A stretch of DNA of 64,000 nucleotides from Escherichia phage vB_VIPECOOM01. Positions 48,693 through 59,347 of the stretch are shown here, piece after piece. Both the position numbers and the translations under genes were made by a program. The notes beneath the pieces were generated by a model. It was not told the origin of the DNA. It made no database searches and was given only the letters and a program-made list of their open reading frames with translations. The stretch lies in sequence record OQ721909; one strand, given 5' to 3'. Position 1 is the stretch's first letter; every line of letters begins with the position of its first letter.

Positions 48693-48860
48693 CTATAGCA
48701 AAAGTTGTGTTTCATTTAATTGTTCTTCCGAACTTTCTGAAACTGGTAGTTCTTTAATGTAATTATAGCAAGGCCCAGGATGTACAGGACCTTTGTCTGT
48801 TTCAACAACCAATGCAGAATCGATTGGAGTTTTACAGACAACACAAATCTTATCTGACAT
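48693..48860 (-). CDS. Small cysteine-containing protein, below the ORF-track size cutoff
   Basis: Hand translation MSDKICVVCKTPIDSALVVETDKGPVHPGPCYNYIKELPVSESSEEQLNETQLLL, 55 aa, CxxC plus distal Cys; start not verified for RBS. Confidence 0.35.
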   Translation of the reverse strand: MSDKICVVCKTPIDSALVVETDKGPVHPGPCYNYIKELPVSESSEEQLNETQLLL

Positions 48861-48888
48861 GATTGTCTCCTCTAAATTATATATCTAT

Positions 48889-49113
48889 TTATATAACTCT
48901 CATATGCATATCAATGCCCATATCTTTAGAATAAAAATATTCATCAAGATATCCGGCAAATTTTCCTTTAATATAAAGTACATCTTCACCGCATGGGTGG
49001 TCGGCCAGAATACGAATATCCTGACGCTTGAGATTATACTTTTTCATTAAGAATTGAATTTCCGTTTCAAATTCTTCTTCATAATTAAAAGCATCATCAA
49101 TGCTATATTTCAT
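48889..49113 (-). CDS. Hypothetical protein (uvsY.-2 position)
   Basis: 74 aa, abuts the uvsY stop codon. Confidence 0.6.
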   Translation of the reverse strand: MKYSIDDAFNYEEEFETEIQFLMKKYNLKRQDIRILADHPCGEDVLYIKGKFAGYLDEYFYSKDMGIDMHMRVI

Positions 49114-49526
49114 TATTTTCCAGCCTCAAATGCTCGCATGTCTTGAATATGCTTAATAGCAAATCCACGTGATTTAATAGCATCAAGAGCTCCGCTACAG
49201 AAATCCAATAAAATTCCCCAATATTGTAATGAAGTATCAACTTTTAAAACATCCTTATCAGCTGATAGAACTGTCTTCATTTCTGATTTCTCATAACGGT
49301 CCATACTAAATTCATCACCATCTCCTCGTCCCGAGTAGTAGTCTAATTTAGCTTTAAGAGCAACTTTTTTCTGTGCGTCAATTCTAAGCATTTCCTTTTT
49401 AATACTTGAATGCTTATTGAGCCATTTACTATATAACATCACATTATTAGCTGCTTCATACTGTAATTTAGTCGAATCTATAAACACATCTTTCTTCAAT
49501 TCTTCTTGAAGATCTTCTAATTTCAT
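49113..49526 (-). CDS. uvsY: Recombination mediator UvsY
   Basis: 137 aa, size and position next to gene 25. Confidence 0.85.
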   Translation of the reverse strand: MKLEDLQEELKKDVFIDSTKLQYEAANNVMLYSKWLNKHSSIKKEMLRIDAQKKVALKAKLDYYSGRGDGDEFSMDRYEKSEMKTVLSADKDVLKVDTSLQYWGILLDFCSGALDAIKSRGFAIKHIQDMRAFEAGK

Positions 49527-49566
49527 ATTGTTCTCTATTCAATTGTTATTGGATGGACTTAGATTC

Positions 49567-49593
49567 ATTATACCACGTTTATACGTGAAGCAT
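49567..49593 (-). promoter_or_regulatory. MotA-dependent middle promoter candidate for uvsY
   Basis: Minus strand ATGCTTCA (MotA box), 13 nt, TATAAT. Confidence 0.5.
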
Positions 49594-49991
49594 TATACTC
49601 TGTTACTGGAAGCCAGTTGTAGTTTTATCTGCTCAATATCATCAGGGTTATCGATGACCGAAAAGCGTATTTCTACTATCAGAGTATAATCATCATAAAC
49701 CGGTATTACATTAACTGCTAATTTATCAATACGTGGCTCGTAGTTTCTTACTGCGCTTTCAATGTTACGCTCAACAGTATCAGCAGTAAGAGGAGTCATA
49801 TTCTCAAAAAGCTGATCAGATAAATCACATCCAAATTCCGGGTCAAATGGTCTCGACCCTTTTCTGGTTGTAATAATTCCCAAAAGGCTATTTTTAATTG
49901 ACCTTAATCCAAGAGATCTAGAAACATCTTTGTCCCAATCCATTTTCATTTCTGGGTCAATGTCAGAATAAAGCTTATTAATATTTGCCAT
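49593..49991 (-). CDS. 25: Baseplate wedge protein gp25
   Basis: 132 aa, size and order. Confidence 0.85.
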   Translation of the reverse strand: MANINKLYSDIDPEMKMDWDKDVSRSLGLRSIKNSLLGIITTRKGSRPFDPEFGCDLSDQLFENMTPLTADTVERNIESAVRNYEPRIDKLAVNVIPVYDDYTLIVEIRFSVIDNPDDIEQIKLQLASSNRV

Positions 49992-50617
49992 TACAATAGC
50001 TCAAAGAATTCTTTGAGTCCTCTTATTACATGAGCGTGAGATTTTCCACACTCTGGACATTTAATTGGAACAGCCAAATAAACAGTAGGCTTTAAAAGCA
50101 TATCTTTTATAGCTACAATATCTGACTCTGTGATGATAGAATATAAATCTTCCAACTCTTTTTCATTTAAGTCTTCAATTGGAATGCTTTCTCCGTTAGC
50201 ATGAATCGTTTCTATACATGATACTATCATGTGGGCTATGTTTTTATCATCAAAAATTTTAGGGTAATGGAACTTAATTTTAATGTCACCCAGTGTATAC
50301 CAGAGGTCTTCTGGTGCATCTATTCGTGTATGTAATAGATTTATATGGGTTGGTATTTCAGTTCCACAGGTGCACTTCCAGGAGTTTTCGTGATTAACTT
50401 CTCCAAGAGAATGTGCCCATAAATGAATCAATAGTAGTTCTGATTCTTGGCGGTTTAAATCTTTTGCATTTGTACAGTCTTTGATTAGCTTTTTAACGAT
50501 CTCTTCTACTGAACCGTTCTTTTTAGCAGTAATAAGTTCTAGATATTCTTTAAGAGTAAATGCGCGACAGTTGATTATTTTAGAACCAACTCTCACATCA
50601 AATTTGTATTCATACAT
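49991..50617 (-). CDS. 26: Baseplate hub protein gp26
   Basis: 208 aa, size and order. Confidence 0.8.
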   Translation of the reverse strand: MYEYKFDVRVGSKIINCRAFTLKEYLELITAKKNGSVEEIVKKLIKDCTNAKDLNRQESELLLIHLWAHSLGEVNHENSWKCTCGTEIPTHINLLHTRIDAPEDLWYTLGDIKIKFHYPKIFDDKNIAHMIVSCIETIHANGESIPIEDLNEKELEDLYSIITESDIVAIKDMLLKPTVYLAVPIKCPECGKSHAHVIRGLKEFFELL

Positions 50618-50638
50618 ATTTAGCTCCTTTATTTATCA

Positions 50639-50650
50639 TATTTATAAATA
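50639..50650. promoter_or_regulatory. Overlapping divergent late promoters for gene 26 (minus) and gene 51 (plus)
   Basis: tatttataaata: TATAAATA readable on both strands (50639-50646 minus, 50643-50650 plus). Confidence 0.6.
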
Positions 50651-50667
50651 GAATAAAAGGAGCATCT

Positions 50668-51417
50668 ATGGCAAACATTATTCGTTGTAAATTACCAGAT
50701 GGTGTTCATCGTTTTAAACCATTTACGGTAGAAGATTATCGAGATTTTTTGTTAGTTCGAAACGATATAGAACATCGGTCACCACAAGAACAAAAAGAAA
50801 TAATTGCTGATTTAATTGCTGATTATTTTGGAGACTATCCGAAGACTTGGCAACCATTTATATTTTTGCAGGTATTTGTAGGGTCAATAGGTAAAACTAA
50901 AGTACCGGTCACATTTGTATGTCCAAAATGTAAAAAAGAAAAGACAGTTCCATTTGAAATATATCAAAAAGAATTAAAGGAACCTGTTTTTGATGTAGCT
51001 AATGTTAAAATTAAATTAAAGTTTCCTTCTGAGTTTTATGAAAATAAAGCAAAGATGATTACTGAAAATATTCATTCTGTTCAAGTAGATGAAACATGGT
51101 ATGATTGGAAGGAAATTAGCGAATCAAGTCAAATAGAACTTGTTGACGCCATCGAGATAGAAACATTAGAAAAAATTCTCGATGCAATGAATCCTATTAA
51201 TTTAACATTGCACATGTCGTGTTGTAATAAGTATGTAAAAAAATACACTGATATAGTAGATGTGTTTAAGCTATTAGTTAACCCAGATGAGATATTTACT
51301 TTTTATCAAATTAATCACACACTTGTAAAAAGTAATTATAGCTTAAATTCAATAATGAAAATGATTCCTGCCGAGCGCGGATTCGTATTAAAACTGATTG
51401 AGAAGGATAAACAATAA
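50668..51417 (+). CDS. 51: Baseplate hub assembly protein gp51
   Basis: 249 aa, size and order. Confidence 0.8.
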   Translation: MANIIRCKLPDGVHRFKPFTVEDYRDFLLVRNDIEHRSPQEQKEIIADLIADYFGDYPKTWQPFIFLQVFVGSIGKTKVPVTFVCPKCKKEKTVPFEIYQKELKEPVFDVANVKIKLKFPSEFYENKAKMITENIHSVQVDETWYDWKEISESSQIELVDAIEIETLEKILDAMNPINLTLHMSCCNKYVKKYTDIVDVFKLLVNPDEIFTFYQINHTLVKSNYSLNSIMKMIPAERGFVLKLIEKDKQ

Positions 51418-52592
51418 TGAGTATGTTGCAACGCCCTGGATATCCAAATCTCAGCGTTAAATTATTTGATAGCTACGACGCTTGGAGTAATAATAGATTT
51501 GTTGAATTAGCTGCTACTATTACCACATTAACTATGCGGGATTCTCTTTATGGCCGAAATGAAGGAATGCTGCAGTTTTATGATTCTAAAAATATCCATA
51601 CAAAAATGGATGGAAATGAAATAATTCAGATTTCTGTAGCTAATGCAAACGATATTAATAATGTTAAAACAAGAATTTATGGATGTAAGCATTTTTCCGT
51701 GTCAGTAGATTCAAAGGGTGATAACATCATTGCTATTGAATTGGGAACTATTCATTCTATAGAAAATCTTAAATTTGGCAGACCGTTTTTCCCTGATGCA
51801 GGTGAATCTATAAAGGAAATGCTTGGCGTCATTTATCAAGATCGCACATTATTAACTCCAGCGATAAATGCTATAAATGCTTATGTTCCTGATATTCCAT
51901 GGACTAGCACATTTGAAAACTATTTGTCGTATGTCAGAGAAGTTGCTCTAGCTGTAGGAAGTGACAAATTTGTATTTGTATGGCAAGACATCATGGGAGT
52001 TAACATGATGGACTATGATATGATGATAAATCAAGAACCATATCCAATGATTGTCGGTGAGCCATCTTTAATAGGTCAATTCATCCAAGAATTAAAATAT
52101 CCATTAGCATATGATTTCGTTTGGTTGACTAAATCGAATCCTCACAAACGTGACCCAATGAAAAACGCTACTATCTATGCGCATTCGTTTTTGGATTCTT
52201 CATTGCCAATGATTACTACAGGAAAGGGAGAAAACTCTATTGTAGTGTCAAGGTCAGGTGCTTATTCTGAAATGACTTATAGGAATGGATATGAAGAAGC
52301 TATTCGTCTTCAAACTATGGCGCAATACGATGGCTATGCTAAATGTTCTACTGTCGGTAATTTTAACTTAACCCCTGGCGTTAAAATTATTTTTAATGAT
52401 AGTAAAAACCAATTTAAAACAGAATTTTACGTTGATGAAGTCATCCATGAATTATCCAATAATAATTCAGTAACTCATCTATATATGTTCACTAATGCAA
52501 CGAAACTGGAAACAATAGACCCAGTTAAGGTTAAAAATGAATTTAAATCTGATACTACCACTGAAGAAAATAGTTCTTCCAATAAGCAATAA
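51417..52592 (+). CDS. 27: Baseplate hub protein gp27
   Basis: 391 aa, size and order. Confidence 0.85.
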   Translation: MSMLQRPGYPNLSVKLFDSYDAWSNNRFVELAATITTLTMRDSLYGRNEGMLQFYDSKNIHTKMDGNEIIQISVANANDINNVKTRIYGCKHFSVSVDSKGDNIIAIELGTIHSIENLKFGRPFFPDAGESIKEMLGVIYQDRTLLTPAINAINAYVPDIPWTSTFENYLSYVREVALAVGSDKFVFVWQDIMGVNMMDYDMMINQEPYPMIVGEPSLIGQFIQELKYPLAYDFVWLTKSNPHKRDPMKNATIYAHSFLDSSLPMITTGKGENSIVVSRSGAYSEMTYRNGYEEAIRLQTMAQYDGYAKCSTVGNFNLTPGVKIIFNDSKNQFKTEFYVDEVIHELSNNNSVTHLYMFTNATKLETIDPVKVKNEFKSDTTTEENSSSNKQ

Positions 52593-53070
52593 AGAAGTTT
52601 CTATTCCTAAAATGGGTCTTAAACATTATAACATTTTAAAAGATGTTAAAGGTCCTGATGAAAATTTAAAACTTCTTATTGATTCTATTTGTCCAAATTT
52701 ATCACCGGCAGAAGTTGATTTCGTTTCTATTCATTTATTGGAATTTAATGGAAAGATTAAATCTCGTAAAGAAATAGATGGTTATACTTATGACATTAAT
52801 GATGTTTATGTATGTCAAAGATTGGAATTTCAATACCAAGGAAATACATTTTATTTTAGACCGCCTGGAAAATTTGAACAATTTTTAACTGTGAGCGATA
52901 TGTTATCCAAATGCTTGCTTAAGGTCAATGATGAAGTTAAAGAAATTAATTTTCTTGAGATGCCAGCATTCGTTTTAAAATGGGCAAATGATATTTTTAC
53001 AACTTTAGCAATTCCTGGCCCTAATGGTCCAATAACCGGAATTGGCAATATTATTGGATTATTTGAATGA
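52537..53070 (+). CDS. 28: Baseplate hub distal subunit gp28
   Basis: 177 aa, size and order. Confidence 0.8.
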   Translation: MNLNLILPLKKIVLPISNKEVSIPKMGLKHYNILKDVKGPDENLKLLIDSICPNLSPAEVDFVSIHLLEFNGKIKSRKEIDGYTYDINDVYVCQRLEFQYQGNTFYFRPPGKFEQFLTVSDMLSKCLLKVNDEVKEINFLEMPAFVLKWANDIFTTLAIPGPNGPITGIGNIIGLFE

Positions 53071-54839
53071 AAAAGCCACAAGAAATGCAAACGATGCGTA
53101 GAAAAGTTATTTCAGATAATAAACCAACACAGGAAGCGGCTAAATCCGCTTCCAACACTTTATCTGGACTTAACGATATATCTACGAAATTGGATGATGC
53201 TCAAGCTGCTTCTGAATTAATTGCTCAAACTGTCGAAGAAAAATCGAATGAAATAATTGGAGCAATTGACAACGTAGAAAACGCAGTGAGTGATACTACT
53301 GCCGGTTCTGAGTTAATTGCTGAAACTGTTGAAATTGGCAACAATATTAATAAAGAAATCGGTGAATCGCTCGGGAGTAAATTAGATAAATTAACGAGTT
53401 TATTAGAGCAAAAAATTCAGACAGCCGGAATTCAACAAACAGGAACTAGTTTAGCTACGGTTGAAAGCGCTATTCCTGTTAAAGTTGTTGAGGACGATAC
53501 AGCTGAATCTGTGGGTCCTTTATTACCGGCTCCTGAAGCAGTTAATAATGATCCTGACGCTGATTTTTTCCCTACCCCTCAGCCAGTTGAACCCAAACAA
53601 GAATCACCAGAAGAAAAACAGAAAAAAGAAGCATTTAACTTAAAATTATCTCAAGCTTTAGATAAATTAACAAAGACGGTTGATTTTGGATTTAAGAAAT
53701 CCATTTCAATTACTGATAAAATATCAAGCATGTTATTTAAGTATACCGTCAGTGCTGCTATTGAAGCTGCTAAAATGACTGCAATGATATTGGCTGTTGT
53801 TGTCGGAATAGACTTGTTGATGGTTCATTTCAAATATTGGTCAGATAAATTTTCACAGGCTTGGGATTTGTTTAGTACAGACTTTACTAAATTCTCTAGC
53901 GAAACCGGAACATGGGGTCCTTTATTACAGAGCATCTTTAGTTCTATTGATGAAATTAAAAAATTCTGGGAAGAGGGAGATTGGGGCGGTTTGACGGTAG
54001 CTATTGTAGAAGGGCTTGGAAAGGTTCTTTATAATTTAGGAGAACTTATTCAGCTTGGAATGGCTAAATTATCTGCGGCAATTCTTCGAGTTATTCCTGG
54101 TATGAAGGATACTGCTGATGAAGTAGAAGGAAGAGCACTAGAAAATTTCCAAAATTCTACTGGAGCATCTCTCAATAAAGAAGACCAGGAAAAAGTTGCA
54201 AATTATCAAGATAAACGAATGAACGGAGACCTTGGTCCGATAGCAAAAGGATTAGATAAAATTGCGAACTGGAAAACTCGTGCATCTAACTGGATTCGTG
54301 GCGTTGATAATAAAGAAGCACTAACTACTGACGAAGAACGTGCAGCAGAAGAAGAAAAATTAAAGCAACTTTCACCAGAAGAAAGAAAAAATGCTTTAAT
54401 GAAGGCTAATGAAGCCCGTGCCGCGATGATTCGTTTTGAAAAATATGCTGATTCGGCTGATATGAGTAAAGACTCAACAGTTAAATCAGTTGAAGCTGCC
54501 TATGAAGACCTTAAAAAACGGATGGATGACCCAGATTTAAATAATTCACCGGCAGTTAAAAAAGAACTTGCTGCTAGATTTTCTAAAATTGATGCTACAT
54601 ATCAAGAGCTCAAGAAAAATCAGCCTAATGCCAAACCTGAAACTTCTGCTAAATCGCCAGAAGCAAAACAAGTCCAGGTAATAGAAAAGAACAAAGCACA
54701 GCAAGCTCCTGTTCAACAAGCATCTCCTTCGATCAATAATACTAATAATGTTATTAAGAAAAATACTGTCGTTCATAATATGACACCCGTAACGAGCACG
54801 ACTGCTCCTGGTGTATTTGATGCGACTGGAGTTAATTAA
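53067..54839 (+). CDS. 29: Tail length tape measure / baseplate hub protein gp29
   Basis: 590 aa, size and order. Confidence 0.85.
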   Translation: MKKPQEMQTMRRKVISDNKPTQEAAKSASNTLSGLNDISTKLDDAQAASELIAQTVEEKSNEIIGAIDNVENAVSDTTAGSELIAETVEIGNNINKEIGESLGSKLDKLTSLLEQKIQTAGIQQTGTSLATVESAIPVKVVEDDTAESVGPLLPAPEAVNNDPDADFFPTPQPVEPKQESPEEKQKKEAFNLKLSQALDKLTKTVDFGFKKSISITDKISSMLFKYTVSAAIEAAKMTAMILAVVVGIDLLMVHFKYWSDKFSQAWDLFSTDFTKFSSETGTWGPLLQSIFSSIDEIKKFWEEGDWGGLTVAIVEGLGKVLYNLGELIQLGMAKLSAAILRVIPGMKDTADEVEGRALENFQNSTGASLNKEDQEKVANYQDKRMNGDLGPIAKGLDKIANWKTRASNWIRGVDNKEALTTDEERAAEEEKLKQLSPEERKNALMKANEARAAMIRFEKYADSADMSKDSTVKSVEAAYEDLKKRMDDPDLNNSPAVKKELAARFSKIDATYQELKKNQPNAKPETSAKSPEAKQVQVIEKNKAQQAPVQQASPSINNTNNVIKKNTVVHNMTPVTSTTAPGVFDATGVN

Positions 54840-54847
54840 GGAATAAT

Positions 54848-55942
54848 ATGGCAATTGTTAAAGAAATAACTGCTGATTTAATTAAAAAGTCCGGTGAGAA
54901 AATTTCAGCCGGACAGAGTACTAAATCAGAAGTAGCAACTAAAACATACACTGCCCAGTTTCCAACTGGGCGTGCTAGTGGTAATGACACTACAGGGGAC
55001 TTCCAGGTAACAGATCTATATAAGAATGGATTATTATTTACTGCATACAATATGTCATCTAGGGATTCTGGAAGTCTTAGATCGATGAGATCTAACTACT
55101 CTTCTTCATCTTCGAGTATTTTACGTACAGCCAGAAACACTATCAGTAATACAGTATCAAAACTGTCAAATGGATTAATATCAGATAATAATTCAGGAAC
55201 AATAAGTAAAGCACCTGTTGCAAATATTCTTTTACCAAGATCTAAATCCGATGTTGATACATCATCACATAGATTTAATGATGTTCAAGAAAGTCTTATC
55301 AGTAGAGGCGGAGGTACTGCTACTGGTGTGTTAAGTAATATTGCTTCAACTGCAGTATTTGGGGCACTGGAAAGTATAACGCAAGGTATAATGGCTGATA
55401 ATAATGAACAGATTTATACGACAGCCAGAAGTATGTATGGCGGTGCTGAGAATAGAACTAAAGTGTTTACATGGGATTTGACGCCACGTTCAACAGAAGA
55501 TTTGATGGCTATTATTAATATCTATCAATATTTTAACTATTTTTCTTATGGTGAAACGGGCAAATCTCAATATGCTGCTGAAATAAAGGGGTATTTAGAT
55601 GATTGGTATCGTTCTACATTAATTGAACCTTTATCTCCGGAAGACGCAGCTAAAAATAAAACACTATTTGAGAAAATGACATCGAGTTTAACTAACGTTC
55701 TAGTAGTTTCAAACCCGACAATTTGGATGGTGAAAAACTTTGGTGCAACATCTAAGTTTGATGGAAAAACGGAAATATTTGGCCCATGCCAAATACAGAG
55801 CATCAGATTTGATAAAACACCTAATGGTAACTTTAACGGATTAGCTATTGCTCCAAACCTCCCTAGTACATTTACTCTTGAGATTACTATGAGAGAAATT
55901 ATCACGTTAAACCGTGCTTCTTTATATGCGGGGACTTTTTAA
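54848..55942 (+). CDS. 48: Baseplate tail tube cap gp48
   Basis: 364 aa, size and order. Confidence 0.85.
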   Translation: MAIVKEITADLIKKSGEKISAGQSTKSEVATKTYTAQFPTGRASGNDTTGDFQVTDLYKNGLLFTAYNMSSRDSGSLRSMRSNYSSSSSSILRTARNTISNTVSKLSNGLISDNNSGTISKAPVANILLPRSKSDVDTSSHRFNDVQESLISRGGGTATGVLSNIASTAVFGALESITQGIMADNNEQIYTTARSMYGGAENRTKVFTWDLTPRSTEDLMAIINIYQYFNYFSYGETGKSQYAAEIKGYLDDWYRSTLIEPLSPEDAAKNKTLFEKMTSSLTNVLVVSNPTIWMVKNFGATSKFDGKTEIFGPCQIQSIRFDKTPNGNFNGLAIAPNLPSTFTLEITMREIITLNRASLYAGTF

Positions 55943-56907
55943 TGTATTCTTTAGAGGAATTTAATAATCAAGCAATAAACGCAGATTTCCAACGTAATAA
56001 TATGTTTAGCTGCGTTTTTGCGACAACTCCATCAACTAAAAGCTCTTCGTTGATAAGTTCAATTAGCAACTTTTCTTATAATAACTTGGGTCTAAATTCA
56101 GATTGGTTAGGATTGACTCAAGGCGATATTAATCAGGGAATTACCACGCTAATTACCGCTGGCACACAAAAACTGATAAGAAAATCAGGGGTTAGTAAAT
56201 ATCTTATTGGTGCCATGAGTCAACGTACAGTTCAAAGTTTATTGGGCTCATTTACAGTTGGTACATATTTAATCGACTTCTTTAATATGGCATATAACTC
56301 ATCTGGATTGATGATATATTCCGTAAAAATGCCAGAGAATAGATTATCCTATGAAACTGACTGGAACTATAATTCTCCTAATATTCGTATAACTGGGAGA
56401 GAATTAGACCCTTTGGTTATTTCATTTAGGATGGATTCAGAAGCTTGTAACTATCGTGCAATGCAAGACTGGGTTAACGCTGTTCAAGACCCAGTAACTG
56501 GACTGCGTGCTTTGCCGCAAGATGTCGAGGCAGATATTCAGGTTAATCTTCATGCTCGTAATGGATTACCTCATACTGCTGTGATGTTCACCGGATGCAT
56601 TCCAGTGTCAGTGAGTGCTCCTGAGTTATCATATGATGGAGATAACCAAATAACTACATTTGATGTTACTTTTGCGTATAGAGTCATGCAGGCTGGGTCG
56701 GTTGATAGACAAGCTGCGCTTGAGTGGCTTGAATCTGCTGCTATAAATGGCATCCAAAGCGTTCTCGGAAATAGCGGAGGCGTTACTGGATTATCTAATT
56801 CGCTTTCACGACTTAGTAGATTAGGAGGAACTGCGGGAAGCATTTCAAACATTAGTACTATGACGGGAATTGTCAATTCGCAAAGTAAAATATTAGGAGC
56901 AATATAA
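55942..56907 (+). CDS. 54: Baseplate tail tube initiator gp54
   Basis: 321 aa, size and order. Confidence 0.85.
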   Translation: MYSLEEFNNQAINADFQRNNMFSCVFATTPSTKSSSLISSISNFSYNNLGLNSDWLGLTQGDINQGITTLITAGTQKLIRKSGVSKYLIGAMSQRTVQSLLGSFTVGTYLIDFFNMAYNSSGLMIYSVKMPENRLSYETDWNYNSPNIRITGRELDPLVISFRMDSEACNYRAMQDWVNAVQDPVTGLRALPQDVEADIQVNLHARNGLPHTAVMFTGCIPVSVSAPELSYDGDNQITTFDVTFAYRVMQAGSVDRQAALEWLESAAINGIQSVLGNSGGVTGLSNSLSRLSRLGGTAGSISNISTMTGIVNSQSKILGAI

Positions 56908-56911
56908 CAAT

Positions 56912-56940
56912 GGGGACCGAAAGGTCCCCATATTTTTATT
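56912..56940. terminator. Bidirectional terminator between gene 54 and the alt-side genes
   Basis: ggggacc-gaaa-ggtcccc hairpin with T-run on plus and A-run upstream. Confidence 0.7.
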
Positions 56941-57226
56941 TGCGGAATGAAATAAAAGCAGCAACTGAAGCAACTAAACTGTCTTCAATATAAACTTCAA
57001 TTTTTACCGGAGCTTCTGATTCAAATTTACCTGTTACTACACCTTGGAAAATGCTTTCAGTCTGTTCTGGCTTTGAAAAATTTTCAGAAGGAAAAATTCC
57101 GAACTTTTTATCTGTTCCAAAAATTTTGATAAATTCATCATAAACTGCTTCATTAAAAGCATTATCAGCAGGAATAACGCCTTCAACTACAAGTTCTTGA
57201 CCTAAAAAGCGCAAAGAAGATTTCAT
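56936..57226 (-). CDS. Hypothetical early protein downstream of alt
   Basis: 96 aa, SD gaggaa, own early promoter upstream. Confidence 0.55.
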   Translation of the reverse strand: MKSSLRFLGQELVVEGVIPADNAFNEAVYDEFIKIFGTDKKFGIFPSENFSKPEQTESIFQGVVTGKFESEAPVKIEVYIEDSLVASVAAFISFRK

Positions 57227-57252
57227 TTTGTGTTCCTCATGTTATGTAAGTA

Positions 57253-57287
57253 AAATTACTATAACACAACACGAGGGACTTGTAAAC
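57253..57287 (-). promoter_or_regulatory. Sigma70-like early promoter abutting the alt stop codon
   Basis: Minus GTTTAC (plus 57282-57287), 17-nt spacer, TATAGT -10. Confidence 0.5.
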
Positions 57288-59344
57288 TACATTTTGAACT
57301 TTTTAGACATTCCGTTGATGTTAACCAAAGAAGCCAAGATTTGAGAAACTTCGTTTTCCTCTTCTTTTGATTCTTCTACAAGGAATTGATTAAATCCAGC
57401 CATTGGACGAACTTCACCAGTTTCCATCAGATGGTCGCCATCATATACCGATTCTTCTAATTGTTCAGAAGGAGGAACGATTGTGCCTTCGACTAGATAC
57501 TTATTATAAGCAGTTTCTTTCATCATGTACGTACTCACTTTATTAATCTTCAGTAGAATTCCACGTGGTAGAATAATTTCAGCTTCTGATGGAAATCCTG
57601 ATAAATGACCTGGAACGATAACTTTGATTCGCTCAGCTCCTTTAATTACCATACCAACGCTAGTTTCAGCATCTTCATTCGCATAAGCAGAGCGACTGCC
57701 CATATGCATCAAATCTTCTGCGTCAACTGAACCTTCTCCTTCACCAGAAAATACTGCACCGGAATCATCTAGAGCCATATAGTTTTTACCATACTCACCG
57801 AAGATATTTGGTTTAAGCGATGTGGATACGAAGTTCTTGAAATAAAACATTTTATTTTCAATATTATGGCGTAAAGTTTTGAAAGTAACTTCTTGTCCAC
57901 GGTAAAGTGTAGTTCCTGGAGGAAGAACTGAACCTTTAGCAAAGGCAGAATCCATTGTCTCGATGTGTTTAATAGCTCGTTCCATATATTCTTCACGGGT
58001 AGAATCTGGTTTACCTAAAAGGAACGAGTTCATTTCAACATATGAATCTGCACAATAATCTTCAATTACATCAGATTCAGCTTGAGTCAGTCCTTTTGGA
58101 GTTACTTCGGTGCTTGCGTATTCATATGCCTGGGCGGCAGATTCATTAATCAATTTATAAATGCCATTCATGACAAATTGAATAATAGCTACCTTTTCAT
58201 CTGGCGTGGCTTTAGAACCTTTAACTAAATCATTAACAATTTTCTTAATAACATCAAAGCTGTTAGAAATATTAATATCAGAAAGATCACTTAAAATTTT
58301 ATCAGTTTTATAATCAAAAAATTCTTTATTCTTTAAATATTCTTGAGAACCTTGATATGTTATATCGCTCTGTAATTTAATAGATGGATCACGTAAACGT
58401 GCATGAGCCAATGCAATATGATTTCGGAAGCTTTCTAGTTCATAATCGTTAGATTTAAAACGAGAAGCGCTTCTCATACCACCTATAGCTCCTTTGCTGA
58501 AGTTTGAACCAATTTGAATAACGCCAGAGTTCATTGATCCTTCTGCTTTATATACCGGAACTTTAGATTCAAACTCTTGATATTTCTTAGCAGCGAAGCT
58601 ATCGCCCTGAAGTGAAGCATCAACAGTAGAATATTGAGCTTGTGCTGCTAATCGACGACTAATTTTAGTTTTCTGAATAACAGCTTGATCCGTGCGCTTA
58701 TCATTTTCTAAAGCAATAGAAGCAGCAACAGCAACAGCTTTAGGAACAGCATTACCCGTTTTAACGTCTACATAAACATCACCAACCTTTGATTCAACTT
58801 TTGTGAATAACTCAGTTGAAATAGGAGGTACACCTGGAATGTCTTCTAAATTGGCATTTTTACGGTAAACCATAATATATGCATACTTTTTATCGTAATC
58901 CCAGATTTCCTTTAAAAGAACATATCGACCTGCTCCTTTAGTACGTACTAAACGGTCGGCAATAACTTGCATTTGACGAGCTGCGCCGTTTGTTTTACTC
59001 TTTAGTACGCGGAATAAGCATGCATCAATTTTATACTGTTTCATTGTTTGAAGAGCAGTATCAAAAACCGCATTAATGACACCAATTGGGTTTCCACCCA
59101 AGTTTTTAAGTTTAACTAATGATAGTTTTTCATTGACACCTATCATTACGATATGCATCATTTTATCGCCTGGCTTAACGTTTTTATTTGTATCACCACC
59201 AGAGGTGTATGTACAAAATCTAAATCCAGGAAGCACACTTTCTTCACCGGCTTGAATAGCAAAAATTTGAGGTATTTTATGCTTAGGATTTAAGTTAACA
59301 ACCGGCGCCGAAGCGCCGTCAAATAATTCTGTAATAAGTTCCAT
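57287..59344 (-). CDS. alt: ADP-ribosyltransferase Alt (head-packaged, injected)
   Basis: 685 aa; C-terminal R-S-E triad candidates (LYRGQ, FVSTSL, EAEIILPRG); N-terminus MELITELFD. Confidence 0.8.
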   Translation of the reverse strand: MELITELFDGASAPVVNLNPKHKIPQIFAIQAGEESVLPGFRFCTYTSGGDTNKNVKPGDKMMHIVMIGVNEKLSLVKLKNLGGNPIGVINAVFDTALQTMKQYKIDACLFRVLKSKTNGAARQMQVIADRLVRTKGAGRYVLLKEIWDYDKKYAYIMVYRKNANLEDIPGVPPISTELFTKVESKVGDVYVDVKTGNAVPKAVAVAASIALENDKRTDQAVIQKTKISRRLAAQAQYSTVDASLQGDSFAAKKYQEFESKVPVYKAEGSMNSGVIQIGSNFSKGAIGGMRSASRFKSNDYELESFRNHIALAHARLRDPSIKLQSDITYQGSQEYLKNKEFFDYKTDKILSDLSDINISNSFDVIKKIVNDLVKGSKATPDEKVAIIQFVMNGIYKLINESAAQAYEYASTEVTPKGLTQAESDVIEDYCADSYVEMNSFLLGKPDSTREEYMERAIKHIETMDSAFAKGSVLPPGTTLYRGQEVTFKTLRHNIENKMFYFKNFVSTSLKPNIFGEYGKNYMALDDSGAVFSGEGEGSVDAEDLMHMGSRSAYANEDAETSVGMVIKGAERIKVIVPGHLSGFPSEAEIILPRGILLKINKVSTYMMKETAYNKYLVEGTIVPPSEQLEESVYDGDHLMETGEVRPMAGFNQFLVEESKEEENEVSQILASLVNINGMSKKFKM

Positions 59345-59347
59345 GAT

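Noticed and set aside
48793-49050. 85-aa plus-strand ORF
   Set aside because: It overlaps the uvsY.-2 ORF and the small Cys ORF on the coding minus strand; AT-rich low-complexity translation
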